Below are positions 12,634-24,022 of a stretch of 64,000 nucleotides of DNA, in pieces. The notes under the pieces were generated by a model, which made no database searches, was not told where the DNA came from, and was given only the letters and a program-made list of their open reading frames with translations. The translations under genes and the position numbers were made by a program. Source of the DNA: Squalus acanthias (Eukaryota); NCBI GenBank assembly GCA_030390025.1, contig CM059432.1:103170001-103234000 (forward strand). Reading direction: 5' to 3'. Position 1 is the stretch's first letter; each line of letters opens with the position of its first letter.

Positions 12634-13150
12634 CTAAACTCTTACATATGGATTAGTTCTCCTTCGTTTGTGTAACTCTAAGGTATTTTGGGTTGTGATC
12701 ATATTTAAACGTGATTGGGTATTAGACATCAGGTGTTTCAGGTAGCAGGTGTATAGTAGTAAGCATATTAGTACTATGAGTTGGCCTATGACCAGTGCAT
12801 GGGAAATTATTCCAATCCAAGGAGAAATTTCCATATTTGTTCCTATATCCCACCAGTGGGTCTGAATCTCGATGTCTGGAATTTCCTCGGCTATGTCTTT
12901 ATTTCCTTGCACCAACGTATAATAATGGCGTTGAGAGGTGCTCACTTGATTTATTAGCTCGGTTAATGCTTCAGGTAACTCAGGGATGTCATATCCGAAT
13001 CTTGTGACATAATCTTCTAGATTTATTTTTAAATTATCTTCTACTTTTTGGCCATGTGAGGCTATTACAAAGAGAATTCTTCCTCCTATTACCGTAGTCT
13101 TTGTAGGGGTAATACAGTAGGTCCCTGGGGTTATTGAACATTCAAGTGTT
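12634..13150 (-). CDS. env: C-terminal fragment of an envelope glycoprotein (heptad region, Trp-rich juxtamembrane segment, TM helix, cytoplasmic tail)
   Basis: LTELINQVSTSQRHYYTLVQGNKDIAEEI, HWWD, hydrophobic IISHALVIGQLIVLICLLLYTCYL, tail ending NPYVRV; lies just before the PPT/3' LTR. Confidence 0.7.
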
Positions 13151-16100
13151 CCATCTTGCCGCAGTTGTAACACATGAATGATTGTCTACGGGGGTTTGAT
13201 ATTAGAGAAGCCTGGGGTCCCTCAACTACACTTACTGGCGTTTCTGTTGTTGATGCCTGGACCTGAATTTTAGCATAGGCCCATGCAGAAGTAGCGTCTC
13301 TTAAAAGGGCTGTCCATTGCAAATTGTGGCTGACCGTGTGCCCTAAAGCTGCTCGCAGTGAGGTCTGAATATTCTTTAAATATATTTTCTTAAATGCCGC
13401 TTCATCCTTCCCGTTCAATGCATCAGCATTGCGGCGTGCTTTGGTCATTTCATAAATAGTGTACAACCGATCTCCGAAAGCAGCAGGGGTCTCATGAGGC
13501 CCTTGTTGGGTTTGGTTTAATTTCAGAACCAAATCAATAGTATCCAAGCCTAAAGCTGTTTTTATATATGTGATTAAGTCATTCAGGGTGTTCCCCACAT
13601 TAAAGGGCAAAAAGGGGAGACGAGTCCGTATGTCCGGAGTCAGAGCAGACAGTACAACATTCTTCATGTCATTGTCCTCAAAATTAGGAGGGTAATTCCA
13701 GAATGCCATCATACGTTGCCTTAGCTCTATAGGGCATGTTTGTGGGTTAACTGGTCCGAATTGTTGGACACATGCCTGTAGTTCTGCATAGTTTAGGGGC
13801 TGGGACCTTTCATAAGTACCTGCCCACAGTATCCCTGGAGGTGCCACTGGTTGTGCTCCTACTGGTGGCTGGTCCCCCACAACAGCTGGTGGCGCATTAG
13901 GAATCACTTGGGTACAAGTCAGGACATTAACCGGAGCTCTAATGGGTGCAAGTTCGTCCGCTGAGGTTTCGATTATATTTTTATTAGCATAAGCTGGTGG
14001 TCTTTCAGCCAGGTCGATGGTGGCATATGAGACGGGGACCTCACAGGAAGGAAATATCAAGGGAGAATATAGCTCCTCACTTAACCCCTCGCATTGTTTA
14101 TCATAACTCGTGGGGGGGTCTACTCCCGTGACTGCCGCTATTACAGCCCGTTGTTTACCCAACTGGTTTTCTAACTGTTGTATAGTATTCTGACATTGCT
14201 TGTGGTCTAACACCCTGTGGGGGCGCTGAAGAGCCTCTCTCAGGGCCCCTCGTGAATCATTTAGTTGGCTGATCAGACGGTCATTATCTTTTGTTAAGAA
14301 GGCTATTTGGCTTTTAGCCTCCTCAAGATTCTGTATTGCAGCGCCGGCATGAACTGCATTAATACTCTGCTGTTGTATTATTGCTGTTGCAGCACCGATT
14401 TGTCCTTGAAAGACTTCTTGTTTATTGTTTAATTCTGCAGCTTCTTTTTCCCATTTTAATTTCTCACCCTGTAACGTTAGATTCTCTTCTATAAGCCGTA
14501 GTTTGTCTTTTTCTAATTTATCCTGTTCTTCTTCCATCTCTAGGAAGGTTTCTTTATCTTGTTCTACACAATACACTGTGACATAGGCCATTAGCTGCGC
14601 TGCCCTATCCGCCTTCCATTTCTTTTCCTTAACATGTCTTTCAATGAACGCCACAACGTCCTCGATAAGTACCTTCGCATCCTTTGTTAGACATAAGAAC
14701 ATAAGAACATAAGAAATAGGAGCAGGAGTAGGCCAATCGGCCCCTCGAGCCTGCTCCGCCATTCAATAAGATCATGGCTGATCTGATCCTAACCGCCAAT
14801 CTACTATCTATCACAGAACCATCTCCTGCATCTAACAGAATTGCACACACGAAATAGGAGCAGAATCAGGCTACACAGTCCCTGGGCCCGCTCCACTACC
14901 CACAGGGCCATGACCGATCCGAACCTAGACTCATGTCCAAATTCCTGCCCGCTCCCCGTAACCCTTAATGCCCTTTACTTCTAGGAAACTGTCTATTTCT
15001 GTTTTAAATTTAATTAATGTTGTAGCTTCTACAGCTTTTTGTGGCAGCATATTCCATGGACCTACCACCCTCTGAGTGAAGTAGTTCCTCCTCATCTCAG
15101 TTTTGAAAGAGCAGCCCTTTATTCTAAGACTATGTCCCCTAGTTCTCGTCTCACCCGTCATCGGGAACATCCTCCCCGCATCCACCCGATCCAACCCCTT
15201 CACAATCTTATATGTTTCAATAAGATCGCCTCTCATTCTTCTGAACTCCAATGAGTAGAGTCCCAATCTACCCAACCTCTCCTCATATGACCACCCCCTC
15301 ATCCCCGGGATTAACCGAGTGAACCTTTTTTGCACTGCCTCGAGAGCAAGGATGTCTTTCCTTAAGTAAGGACACCAAAACTGTATGCAGTATTCCAGGT
15401 GCGGTCTCACCAATACCTTGTACAACTGAAGCAATACCTCCCTATTTTTATATTCTATCCCCCTAGCAATGAAAGCCAACATTCCATTTGCCTTCATAAT
15501 CACTTGCTGCACCTGCATACTAACCTTTTGAGTTTCGTGCACCAGGACCCCCAGATCCCTTTGCACTTCAGTACTCTCCAGTTTCTTGCCATTAAGATAA
15601 TAAATTGCTCTAGGATTTTTCCTGCCAAAGTGCATCACCTCACACTTTCCAGTGTTGTATTCCATCTGCCAAATCTCTGCCCACTTACTTAGCCTGTCTA
15701 TGTCCCCTTGCAGGTTTTTTATGTCCTCCTCACTCACTACTTTCCCTCCCATCTTTGTATCATCTGCAAATTTTGATATGTTACACTTGGTCCCTTCCTC
15801 CAAATCGTTAATATAGATTGTGAAGAGTTGGGGACCCAGCACTGACCCCTGTGGAACACCACTAGTTACTGATTGCCAGTCTGAGAATGAACCATTTATC
15901 CCAACTCTTTGCTTTCTGTTAGATAGCCAATCCTCTATCCATGCCAGAATATTACCCCCAATCCCGTGATTTTTTACCTTAAGCAATAATCTTTTGTGTG
16001 GCACCTTGTCAAATGCCTTTTGGAAGTCTAAATACACTACGTCCACTGGTTCCCCTTTATCCACTCTATATGTTACTTCCTCAAAGAACTCCAGCAAATT

Positions 16101-16586
16101 TGTCAAACACGACTTCCCCTTCGTAAAACCATGCTGACTTTGTCCTATTAAATTATGATTATCCAAATGTCCTGTTACTGTTTCCTTAATAATGGACTCC
16201 AAAATTTTACCTACCACAGATGTTAGGCTAACCGGTCTATAGTTACCAGCCTTCTGTCTACTGCCCTTTTTAAATAAGGGTGTTACATTAGCAGTTTTCC
16301 AGTCTGCCGGGACCTTAGCGGAATCCAGGGAGTTTTGAAAAATTATTACCAATGCATCTACAATCCCTACCGCCACTTCCTTCAAGACTCTAGGATGTAA
16401 GCCATCAGGTCCAGGTGATTTATCCGCCTTGAGTCCCATTATTTTACCGAGTACCACTTCCTTAGTGATTTTGATCATGTTTAGCTCCTCTCCCCCTATA
16501 CATTCTACTAACATCTGTAACTGTGCCTCATCGCAATTCTTCATTAACTTCGCTTTATAATCTACAAGAAAATACTCACTCGACAT
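13131..16586 (-). CDS. gag: gag, split by a CR1 insertion (16586-16500 joined to 14690-13131; 548 aa reconstructed)
   Basis: Removing the CR1 and one ACAT TSD copy restores MSSEY...MLVEC|LTKDAKV in frame; coiled coil, PPAY motif, capsid-like QGPHETPAAFGDRL, truncated zinc knuckle CYNCGKMEH. Confidence 0.85.
14695..16499 (-). mobile_element. 5'-truncated young CR1 inserted in gag
   Basis: Uninterrupted RT and C-terminal ORF; (TTCTTATG)n tail; ACAT TSD at 14691-14694 and 16500-16503. Confidence 0.95.
14931..16586 (-). CDS. Chimeric ORF: 29 aa of Gag N-terminus fused in frame to the CR1 RT domain (551 aa)
   Basis: The ORF track shows 14931-16679 open; the gag ATG at 16586 reads straight into EELNMIKITKE...SPGPDG...FADD...IKGYG. 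Confidence 0.75.
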   Translation of the reverse strand: MSSEYFLVDYKAKLMKNCDEAQLQMLVECIGGEELNMIKITKEVVLGKIMGLKADKSPGPDGLHPRVLKEVAVGIVDALVIIFQNSLDSAKVPADWKTANVTPLFKKGSRQKAGNYRPVSLTSVVGKILESIIKETVTGHLDNHNLIGQSQHGFTKGKSCLTNLLEFFEEVTYRVDKGEPVDVVYLDFQKAFDKVPHKRLLLKVKNHGIGGNILAWIEDWLSNRKQRVGINGSFSDWQSVTSGVPQGSVLGPQLFTIYINDLEEGTKCNISKFADDTKMGGKVVSEEDIKNLQGDIDRLSKWAEIWQMEYNTGKCEVMHFGRKNPRAIYYLNGKKLESTEVQRDLGVLVHETQKVSMQVQQVIMKANGMLAFIARGIEYKNREVLLQLYKVLVRPHLEYCIQFWCPYLRKDILALEAVQKRFTRLIPGMRGWSYEERLGRLGLYSLEFRRMRGDLIETYKIVKGLDRVDAGRMFPMTGETRTRGHSLRIKGCSFKTEMRRNYFTQRVVGPWNMLPQKAVEATTLIKFKTEIDSFLEVKGIKGYGERAGIWT

Positions 16587-16725
16587 TCTTTTGTACGTTA
16601 AAGAGACACTATGTGTTAGAAAACCTAACTTTCCACGAGGTTCCTCGTTGATCAGACGAAAATCCAAGCGAAAATCCAAACGCCTCTTTTATGCACAATA
16701 GACCTGGTTTCAGTTAATAGTCACA

Positions 16726-16743
16726 GCCCCACGTTGGGCACCA
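16726..16743 (-). promoter_or_regulatory. Primer-binding site, tRNA-Lys(1,2) type
   Basis: TGGTGCCCAACGTGGGGC, 3 nt after the 5' LTR; one mismatch to the canonical TGGCGCCCAACGTGGGGC. Confidence 0.9.
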
Positions 16744-16746
16744 AAT

Positions 16747-17539
16747 TGTAGCTTCCAAAAGTTCTTATAATAATTTGTCCGTGACTACACAAACCACTCT
16801 GGGTACAGGTATATTGTGTATCAGTAAAACAGGTTTATTAAGCATTAAACATCCAGTACAAAGAAGTAATACTTAACAAGGAGATAGTCACAGTCTTGTT
16901 CTTTTGAGCCTCGTCGTTCCTTCTGATCGACTGTGGTATGGTCTCTTTATCCTCTTGCTGTTTTGTGTTGACTGAAGCTCGCTTCTCTGGTTTCTTGCTG
17001 TGTTCTGTTGACTGAAGCACCTTCAACTCTGGTTCGCGCTGCCTTCAGTGTTCAAAATCTGTATCTTTATACACTTTTCCTTCCTTTGCCTACATGACTG
17101 CAAACAGCTATCTGACACCTAGTACATGTTTTATGACCTTGTCGATCCCACTCGGACTCGCTTTGTACATATCAAAGTGCCTTTTCTCTTTAGATGTTCT
17201 CTTTCCAAAGACCATTTCCCAAGATGTTGTCTAAACAATCTGTCCATTTTATAATGGTATCACTGAGGGGTGCTCTCTCTTCTCCAACTCTTATCTCTTT
17301 TCTATCACATTACTGAATACCACGTTCCTGATAGTCCCCATAAACTTAACATTCCATTCCATTACTTCAGTAATTGAAAACAGAGCGAGTTTCAGTCAGG
17401 TTGGCATAATTTCCCATCCTGCTTTTCTCTCAGCCATTCACCATTTTATACAGGTTTTTAGGCTTTTAACATACAATTTCACATATTATAGTTATACAAA
17501 AATGTTTTACTAAATCATACAAATACACCCTATCCTACA
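16747..17539 (-). repeat. 5' LTR of the provirus
   Basis: TGTAGG...GCTACA on the minus strand; TATAAA and AATAAA on the minus strand. Confidence 0.95.
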
Positions 17540-18944
17540 TCAGGATCTTCACAATCACCATACTCAGTCTTCTCATAGTTCAGTTATTGATGAAATAAAG
17601 TCAGCATGTGTGCCAGAGATATTTGTAATTCTGTCACCAGCCATCTGTAAGATCCCTGTCTCTCCACCTCTAATTGAGAGGGACGCAGATGTGCCACTTA
17701 TCTCCAGGGCGTCCTCCTTTGCATCTGTTAGCTGCACAATTTGTGGTGGGCCGCCTCCAGTCCTCTCACTTTCCCTCACATTTTGCGCTCTCTTTTCCTA
17801 CAAGGCACAAAAAAACAGACCTGTGAGTGACTAAAGGTCACATATTCACCTGATGGATGCAGTGCATTTGGTGACTGTGACTATGAGACAGATTTATCAC
17901 ATTGCATAAGGATTGGGGTGAGTGGCAATGGTGGACAGATAAATGGGGAGCTGATGAAGTGCATAGGAAGGGAAGGCTGGGCACTGCTGAAAATTGAGCA
18001 TGTGTGAGGATTAATGTGATAGAGTATGCTTGGCAGGACAGAGTTAAGGGGGTGGGGAAGTTAAACCACAGGATGTAGGTGAATCAGCAAATGTACTCAC
18101 TTTTCCTGACCTAGTTCGGTCATTAAACCACTTCCTGCATTGCATCCATGACCTACGCACAACGCTCCTGCTGCTCACCTCCTCCAACCGCGCCTTCTTG
18201 GTGAGAGCCGCAGGTTTCTTCCCCCCATTGCTGGGAAAAATATGTCCCTCCTGCTCCTGACTGCACCCAGCAGTAAGTCCAGGGAAGCATCATTGAACCT
18301 GGGTGCTGGCTTTGCTATTTGTGAATCCATCCTAACCACCTCCTGGCTCCTCCAAATTCCATTTCTGCATTGGCCCTTTAAATAGTGGACTTCAGATCCC
18401 ATCATGCAGGTGCGCATCGTGCCCTCTGCACAGTTTGGAGACGCACAACCCGGAAGTCCAAATCTATTGCCTCAATCAAGCTAAAACCGGAGAATCCGAC
18501 CCGTTGACTTTGTTTCCAGGTTTTGTGCACACAATTCACCGTGACCCCCATGCCCCACCCCTGGCTCGGAACCCACCTTTACATTAATACTGGGGCCGTG
18601 AAGTGACTTGCTTTATATATTCTTTAAAAGTTAAGCAGTATTTGTTCTGATTTTGAGCTACAATTGCATAAGTCATAGGCCCTACTATGTGTACTTTGTA
18701 TGATTAGAATACAGTGTACTGTACCTCAAATCATACTAAGTACACTAATTAGGGACAGGCACATAATAAAGTCACAGGAACAAACAAACCATGTTTGAAT
18801 TTTACAAACTAAAGCCAGGCCTTTGTACTCCTGCAGCATATAAAGGCTATTTAGAGATATAATCAATAAATCCTTGTATTATTGTGAGACTGCCCCTTGA
18901 AAGTTTTCTCACTGGTGCCCAATATTATGAAATGAAATCACAAC

Positions 18945-19086
18945 CTTGACAATCATATCAGAAGATTTGTCCAATGGAAAGGAAGGAAAATTAGTAAGTG
19001 AGTCACCCTCAGGCTTTTCTAGCAGCCCCAGAGGGCATTGCAGCTCCTCACACTGTCTGGCAGGGAACAGTATTAGATACATGCAC
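18945..19086 (-). pseudogene. Pseudo-exon (still open)
   Basis: ccttcttttaag|G ... AAG|gttgtg; 142 nt; CMYLILFPARQCEELQCPLGLLEKPEGDSLTNFPSFPLDKSSDMIVK; phase 0 end fits the next exon. Confidence 0.65.
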
Positions 19087-19519
19087 CTTAAAAGAAGGCA
19101 GAAAAATCTTATTGCATTCTCCAGTCATTGTAGACCTTATTAATTTTCCTATTACTGCTTATAAAGAATGGATTTACTTCACAGATTTTTTTCCCGAATG
19201 TAAAATTTACTATTGACATCCTAAATAAAACACCGAATATATTCTGTCATTTTTCACAATAGTAAACATCACCAATGTAGCATGAAGCAGTTGTAAAATT
19301 GATGCAATGCCACTTTTATTTTAATTTGCTATGTAGTTAATAACTTTTCTCTTACAGAGCAGCATCTGCTCTCAGTATTAGAGTTGCAGGTTTGCCCTGA
19401 AACTTGAGCAGAGAATGTAAATTCTATATGTATTTTGTGACTTGCAAAATGAAATATATATGTCTATAAAGAGTATCTATAAAAGGTTAAAAAGCAGACT
19501 GAGTTATAATTAACTATCC

Positions 19520-19935
19520 AAAGTGGCTGTGAAAATATTTATCCTAATGTTATATCAACAAGTAGTGGACATAATGCTGTTCTTGATGAGCCTTTACTAA
19601 ATAGCCGTAGTAGAATTTTTGCCAAATGGCCCTTTCATTATCATCCATCGTTAGAAGTGGCATAGGATTTTCATGGGTCACAGAAATCACCACTAATGGA
19701 AAATGGGTCTTTTCTATCCTTCTTACTTTAGATTTTAGATCACTCTTGTGGATGAGTCCCAAGTCCCTGCAACCTCAAGAGTATTTAAACCAGCTCCAAT
19801 TTTTAGGTAATCTTCTGGTACTGCGCCAAGAAAACATACAGAAAAGCCTTCCTTTTGCTAAAGGATCTATTCTGTAGCGCCACAGGAAATTTCTCTACAT
19901 CCAAAGAGCAGTAGAGCTTTCTTTTAAGTTCTTAA
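19520..19935 (-). pseudogene. Pseudo-exon encoding a SPOC-like segment (frameshifted)
   Basis: ttatttgatag|TT; VKNLKESSTALWM*RNFLWRYRIDPLAK / GFSVCFLGAVPEDYLKIGAGLNTLEVAGTWD / KVRRIEKTHFPLVVISVTHENP...WQKFYYGYLVK; donor position uncertain. Confidence 0.55.
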
Positions 19936-20444
19936 CTATCAAATAAATTGACTGAACAAAAGATGAACAAGTGAATAAATAACAGTAATATAGCACTTAT
20001 ATATGTTGAAAATATAAATTATACTATCTATCTCCTTGAAAGGAAAACAAAAAACATTGCAATTTCTCTACTAAATCGCTATTCCATTAAATTAACATTT
20101 TATATCCACAACGATCCTTTTCTCCTTATATTTCTCATTATTTGGGAGCTATAGTGGCATGACCTAACTCTTACAGGTTCCGAATTAATTCTCTTTCATT
20201 TAAACAATTGAACTTACTGACACAGTTGCTAGGGCTCCTTGGAATTAAATTACCGGCAATTCAATTCAAAAAGTAACTGGAAGTTACACATATAACTAAA
20301 CCCATGACACAGCACTGGTGATGTTTGAATGTTGTAGCTTCAGTTCTCCCTCAAGCCTGTAACCTTGGAGACAACTGTACAAATTTCCTAACATTTGTAC
20401 CAATCTAGAATGAGGATATAGAATTTAGCTGCAGTTGACTTTTA

Positions 20445-20617
20445 GGCCTAGAAATTCGTCCCGGGCGGTGGCGCAAAGCGGTCGGTATCGGATCGGCCGC
20501 CCGTTATACACAGCGCCTAATATTCAGTTCCATTACAGTCAATGGAACTGAATATCAGGCACTGCGTCTAACGGGCGGCCGATCCAATACCGACCGCTCG
20601 AGATGAATTTCTAGCCC
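20445..20617. mobile_element. Palindromic Harbinger/Tourist-like MITE
   Basis: TIR GGCCTAGAAATTC / GAATTTCTAGCCC; TTA/TAA flanks; most of the element folds back on itself. Confidence 0.85.
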
Positions 20618-21186
20618 TAATCTCTTCGGGGCTTAAATTCCTAAAGGATTCTTCCAATCTTCCTGATTAACTCTAGCAGCAAACTGGCAGAACCCCAAGG
20701 GAAATGTTCTTTTTGCTTATGGTCCCCTTATGTGTTGTGACCAGATTTAAAGGGAAAACCATCAAACTAAAACTTCTCAAGAAATATATTTTTGTAAAAA
20801 GGAGGTGCAGGTGTAATTATAAAGTCTTTAAGAGCAACTGAAGTTTTTTTTAAAAGAGGTGCATAGCAGTAGGATTCTGGCACAATACATGGTATTTTAT
20901 TTTAATAAGGTAGATAATACAGAGCAGGAGGACTCTGTAACCCTTATGTAATTTTAGGCTTCGCTTTCGTTTCATCTCAATCCCTTAACTGCAGGGAAGA
21001 AATGCCCCTCAAATGTGAGGCCACTGCTCATCAGCGCTCTGATATAATTCCCTGATGCCAATGTGAAAGTGTGTTAAGTTGAATAAAAATGATTTATTAG
21101 ATTCCTATTCAGCATCTCCAATGACCACTTCACACCAAAGAAATAAAACAGATTTACAGCTCCCCTGTATGCAGAATTATGCTTAC

Positions 21187-21333
21187 CATTGACATTAGAA
21201 GCAATGTCAACAAAAGCAAATGGAAGTTTTCTGCAAGAGAGATGTCAAATTGCAAATGTTGTAAGATCTTTCTTCCCATCATCACAGTAATGACATTCTA
21301 TGAACCTAATTTGCATTCGCATAATGGTGGCAC
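21187..21333 (-). pseudogene. Pseudo-exon (one TGA)
   Basis: ttcttattataag|GT ... ATG|gtaagc; 147 nt, phase 1 to 1; ATIMRMQIRFIECHYCDDGKKDLTTFAI*HLSCRKLPFAFVDIASNVN. Confidence 0.65.
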
Positions 21334-21459
21334 CTTATAATAAGAAAGCCATAGGCCAATAGCTGTACAAAATTCAGAAATTCAACATTAACCATAGAGC
21401 TTACCCAATTCAGGTCGAATAGAAATAGAATTCAGACCATAGTGAAATGAGAAATAACA

Positions 21460-21680
21460 TGTTGTTATGATCTGGAATGCACTGGCTGAAAGGGTGGTTA
21501 AAGCAGATTCAATAGTAATTTTCAAAAGGGAATTGGATGTATACTTGAAAAAGGAAAAGGAGACATTTGCAGAGATACAGGGATAGAGCAAGGGAGCAGG
21601 ACGAATTGTATCGCTCTTTCATAGAGCCGGCACAGGCACGATGGGTTGAATGGCCTCCTTCTGTGTTGTAAGATTCTATG
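21460..21680 (+). mobile_element. CR1 3' end fragment
   Basis: WNAL...VVKADSIVIFKRELD; ends GAATGGCCTCCTTCTGTG...ATTCTATG. Confidence 0.8.
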
Positions 21681-21829
21681 ATAACAGTCGACAGTTTGAC
21701 GGAACAAAACATTCTGATATAGAAATGTTGGAGTAGTGAAATACAAGCGAAGGAAGTGCTAAATCGAATGGAAAAGAAGGATGGAAGATTTTTGGAAGGA
21801 AATGAATGAGGGTCGAAGTCAGAGAGAAA

Positions 21830-23965
21830 GGGGGTGAAATTCGATAGCACAAGAAAAGGGCGCGGCAGCACAATGCAAGATATTCCCTCGCCCGTTCAGA
21901 ACATGCAGGCAGCACGTCAATTTGGTGCTGCCTGCTAATAAGCATGATGGGAACGCGCTGCTGACTGGCTGTATGCTCAGCAGGGGGCCGAAGCTCGTGT
22001 CGTTGGAGCAAGGCTAGCTTTACTTAAAGCTAGCCTGCTCCTCTTCAAGGCAGTCTGCAGCTCTTAAAACTCAACTGCCTTCTGCACATAATGTTTTTAT
22101 TAAATCCTTCAGCAGCAGCACTCCAGCTCTGTGCAGGGGGTCAACACTGGAAGAGGGGTCCTCTACCCAAAGGGGGCCAGGAGGCCCTCCAGGAAGAAGG
22201 ATGTGGGTCCAGATTGCCGAGGCCATCACTGCCAGCAGTGTCACCCCCAGAACCTGGCTCCAGTGCCCAAAGACGTTTCATGACCTCAGATGAGTGGTCA
22301 AGGTCAGTGAATGCATCTTCAAAAGCCACCTCCTACCAACTGCACCACTAGCCTCGCACACTGCCACTGTTCTGACGAAAGGTCATCGACCTGAAACGTT
22401 AACTCTGTTTCTCTCTTCACAGATACTGCCTGACCTGCTGAGTATTTCCAGCATTTTCTGTTTTTATTATGCCCCCCATCACTCATCTGCCAACAATCTG
22501 TACCAAACACGATGCACAACTCACATTCCTAGCTTCACCTCACCTTGGAGGAGATGGTGCTGGCAATTCTTGGCAGGGGCATGGCTGAGCCCTTGGCCAG
22601 CAGCGGGGCTGGAAGAATATAAGATGCCGGTATCCTCATATGTTATCCTCCTTCTCAAATCTCACATCCCCCTCATCCCACAAGCTGCACATGGTATGAG
22701 CATGCAGCTCTTGCTTTAACCACCACCCCCCCCCCTCCCCTCACCACAACTCTACCCTTGTGCCTTCCTCATTTCAGACACCCAAGAAATCCAGCTTGCC
22801 CAGCCAGTGGTTGACCAAGAAGAAGGAGAGGAGAGTGAAGAAGAAGAAGAAGAAACATCGTCACTCGATTTCACTCTCCCAGCCACCAGCTCCTTGAGGT
22901 CATCCTGCAAGGCCATCTGCAGTGACCCCCACTGAAAGTCAGCAGCCTTCCACCAGCCATGCTGCAGCCACTGGGGTAGCACTGCATAAAATCACAAGGA
23001 TAGGCAAAGGCACACACTAGACAGTCACTAAGGGAATGCACAAGGGTCATTATTTGATTTTTTGATGTAATATTGGATGCCTATATGGATAAAGTTGGAT
23101 TGGAAAGTTTGCTTTGTGGTGGCTTTTATTTCAGCATTGTGGTCAAAAGGACGCTGTGATGGTCAGTAACAGAGTGAAGGTAAGGTGTGGGATAAATGTT
23201 GAAAGTGGAATTGGGATTGTGTTTACTGATATCGCAGGCGGATAATTCGATCCCGGATATCCCGGCCAGACACGGGCTGTCTGGGTTGCCTCCTTCCTTC
23301 TGCTTCCTCTTCTTCTGCTTCTTCATCTTCTGCTTTTTCCTCTCTGCTTCCTCCTCTTCTGCTTCCTCCTCTGTCTGCGAGCAGCTTGTCTCCTTTGCTG
23401 CCACTGCTCCATCTCCATGTGATGCTGCAGCCCAAGGGGAACTACAAGTAGAGCCCCCAGGACTGGGAGCAAGTGGTGTTCTCGGAGCCCTTACTTTAAC
23501 AGCCAAAGCCTTGCAATCGTCCAGCAGCACTCCTTGCACTTCCTCCACACTTTAATAACGTTTTAAATGTATTGCACCAAGCCACTACTCCAATAAAATG
23601 TAAAAAAAAGAGTCCATAAGCAAAAATCTAAACTTACCTGAAAGTTGCATGTGTCCCTTTGGAAGTGCTGGCAGCGTCTCTGTTGCAATGCTGCATGCAC
23701 GTTGTTCCCTGCGTGGTTTGGAGAGGGCGGTATTAAGAGCGGCAACATCGAAAATCACAGCTCCTGCGTCAATTCAGGCATTGTACGCCGATTGACGTCA
23801 TAATCTGCATCATTTAAATATGTGCGGCGAGCGCAGGTAACAGAAGCGCTGCTGACCTGCCCAAAATGGGGGCTGCTGCGTTCTGCGCTGGAAGCGAGGC
23901 GGCCGCCACTTTTTTCTGCAAAACCGGCCTTAATGGCTGGCACTAAACCTTCCAATTTCACAGCC
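21830..23965. mobile_element. Internally deleted Harbinger element containing a Penelope terminal fragment (22368-22468)
   Basis: Ends GGGGGTGAAATT / AATTTCACAGCC; AAA/AAA flanks; acidic HARBI-type tail on the minus strand (23223-23435); related to 42127-43195. Confidence 0.65.
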
Positions 23966-24022
23966 AAAGATTTAAAAATTTTATCAAGTGTGGGTTGGAC
24001 TTCCATATGTTACATATTTTAC

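Larger units (their letters stand above)
11799..17539 (-). mobile_element. Endogenous retrovirus-like provirus: LTR-PBS-gag-(pol deleted)-partial env-PPT-LTR
   Basis: Two 793-bp TG...CA LTRs, PBS, PPT, gag with CCHC start, TM-containing env fragment; flanks TCAC/TCAG (imperfect 4-bp TSD). Confidence 0.92.
6242..18597. mobile_element. Degraded autonomous-type PIF/Harbinger transposon (HARBI1-like DDE nuclease on +, spliced Myb/SANT gene on -) hosting LTR, RTE and ERV insertions
   Basis: Nuclease remnants 8560-9600 (ALPIVIKVITALNSFAS, FINRRRFYSI, LKICFRCLDRTG, IIVVCCVLH, acidic tail, ARDALIARMFS); Myb-like APRFNDASLDLLLGAVRSRRDIFFP at 18175-18330 with a gtgagt donor near 18100. The outer ends are uncertain because the TIRs do not clearly match. 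Confidence 0.7.

Noticed and set aside
14691..14762. N-terminus MAEQARGADWPT... of the 543-aa ORF
   Set aside because: Derived from the CR1 3' UTR; the real gag start is at 16586
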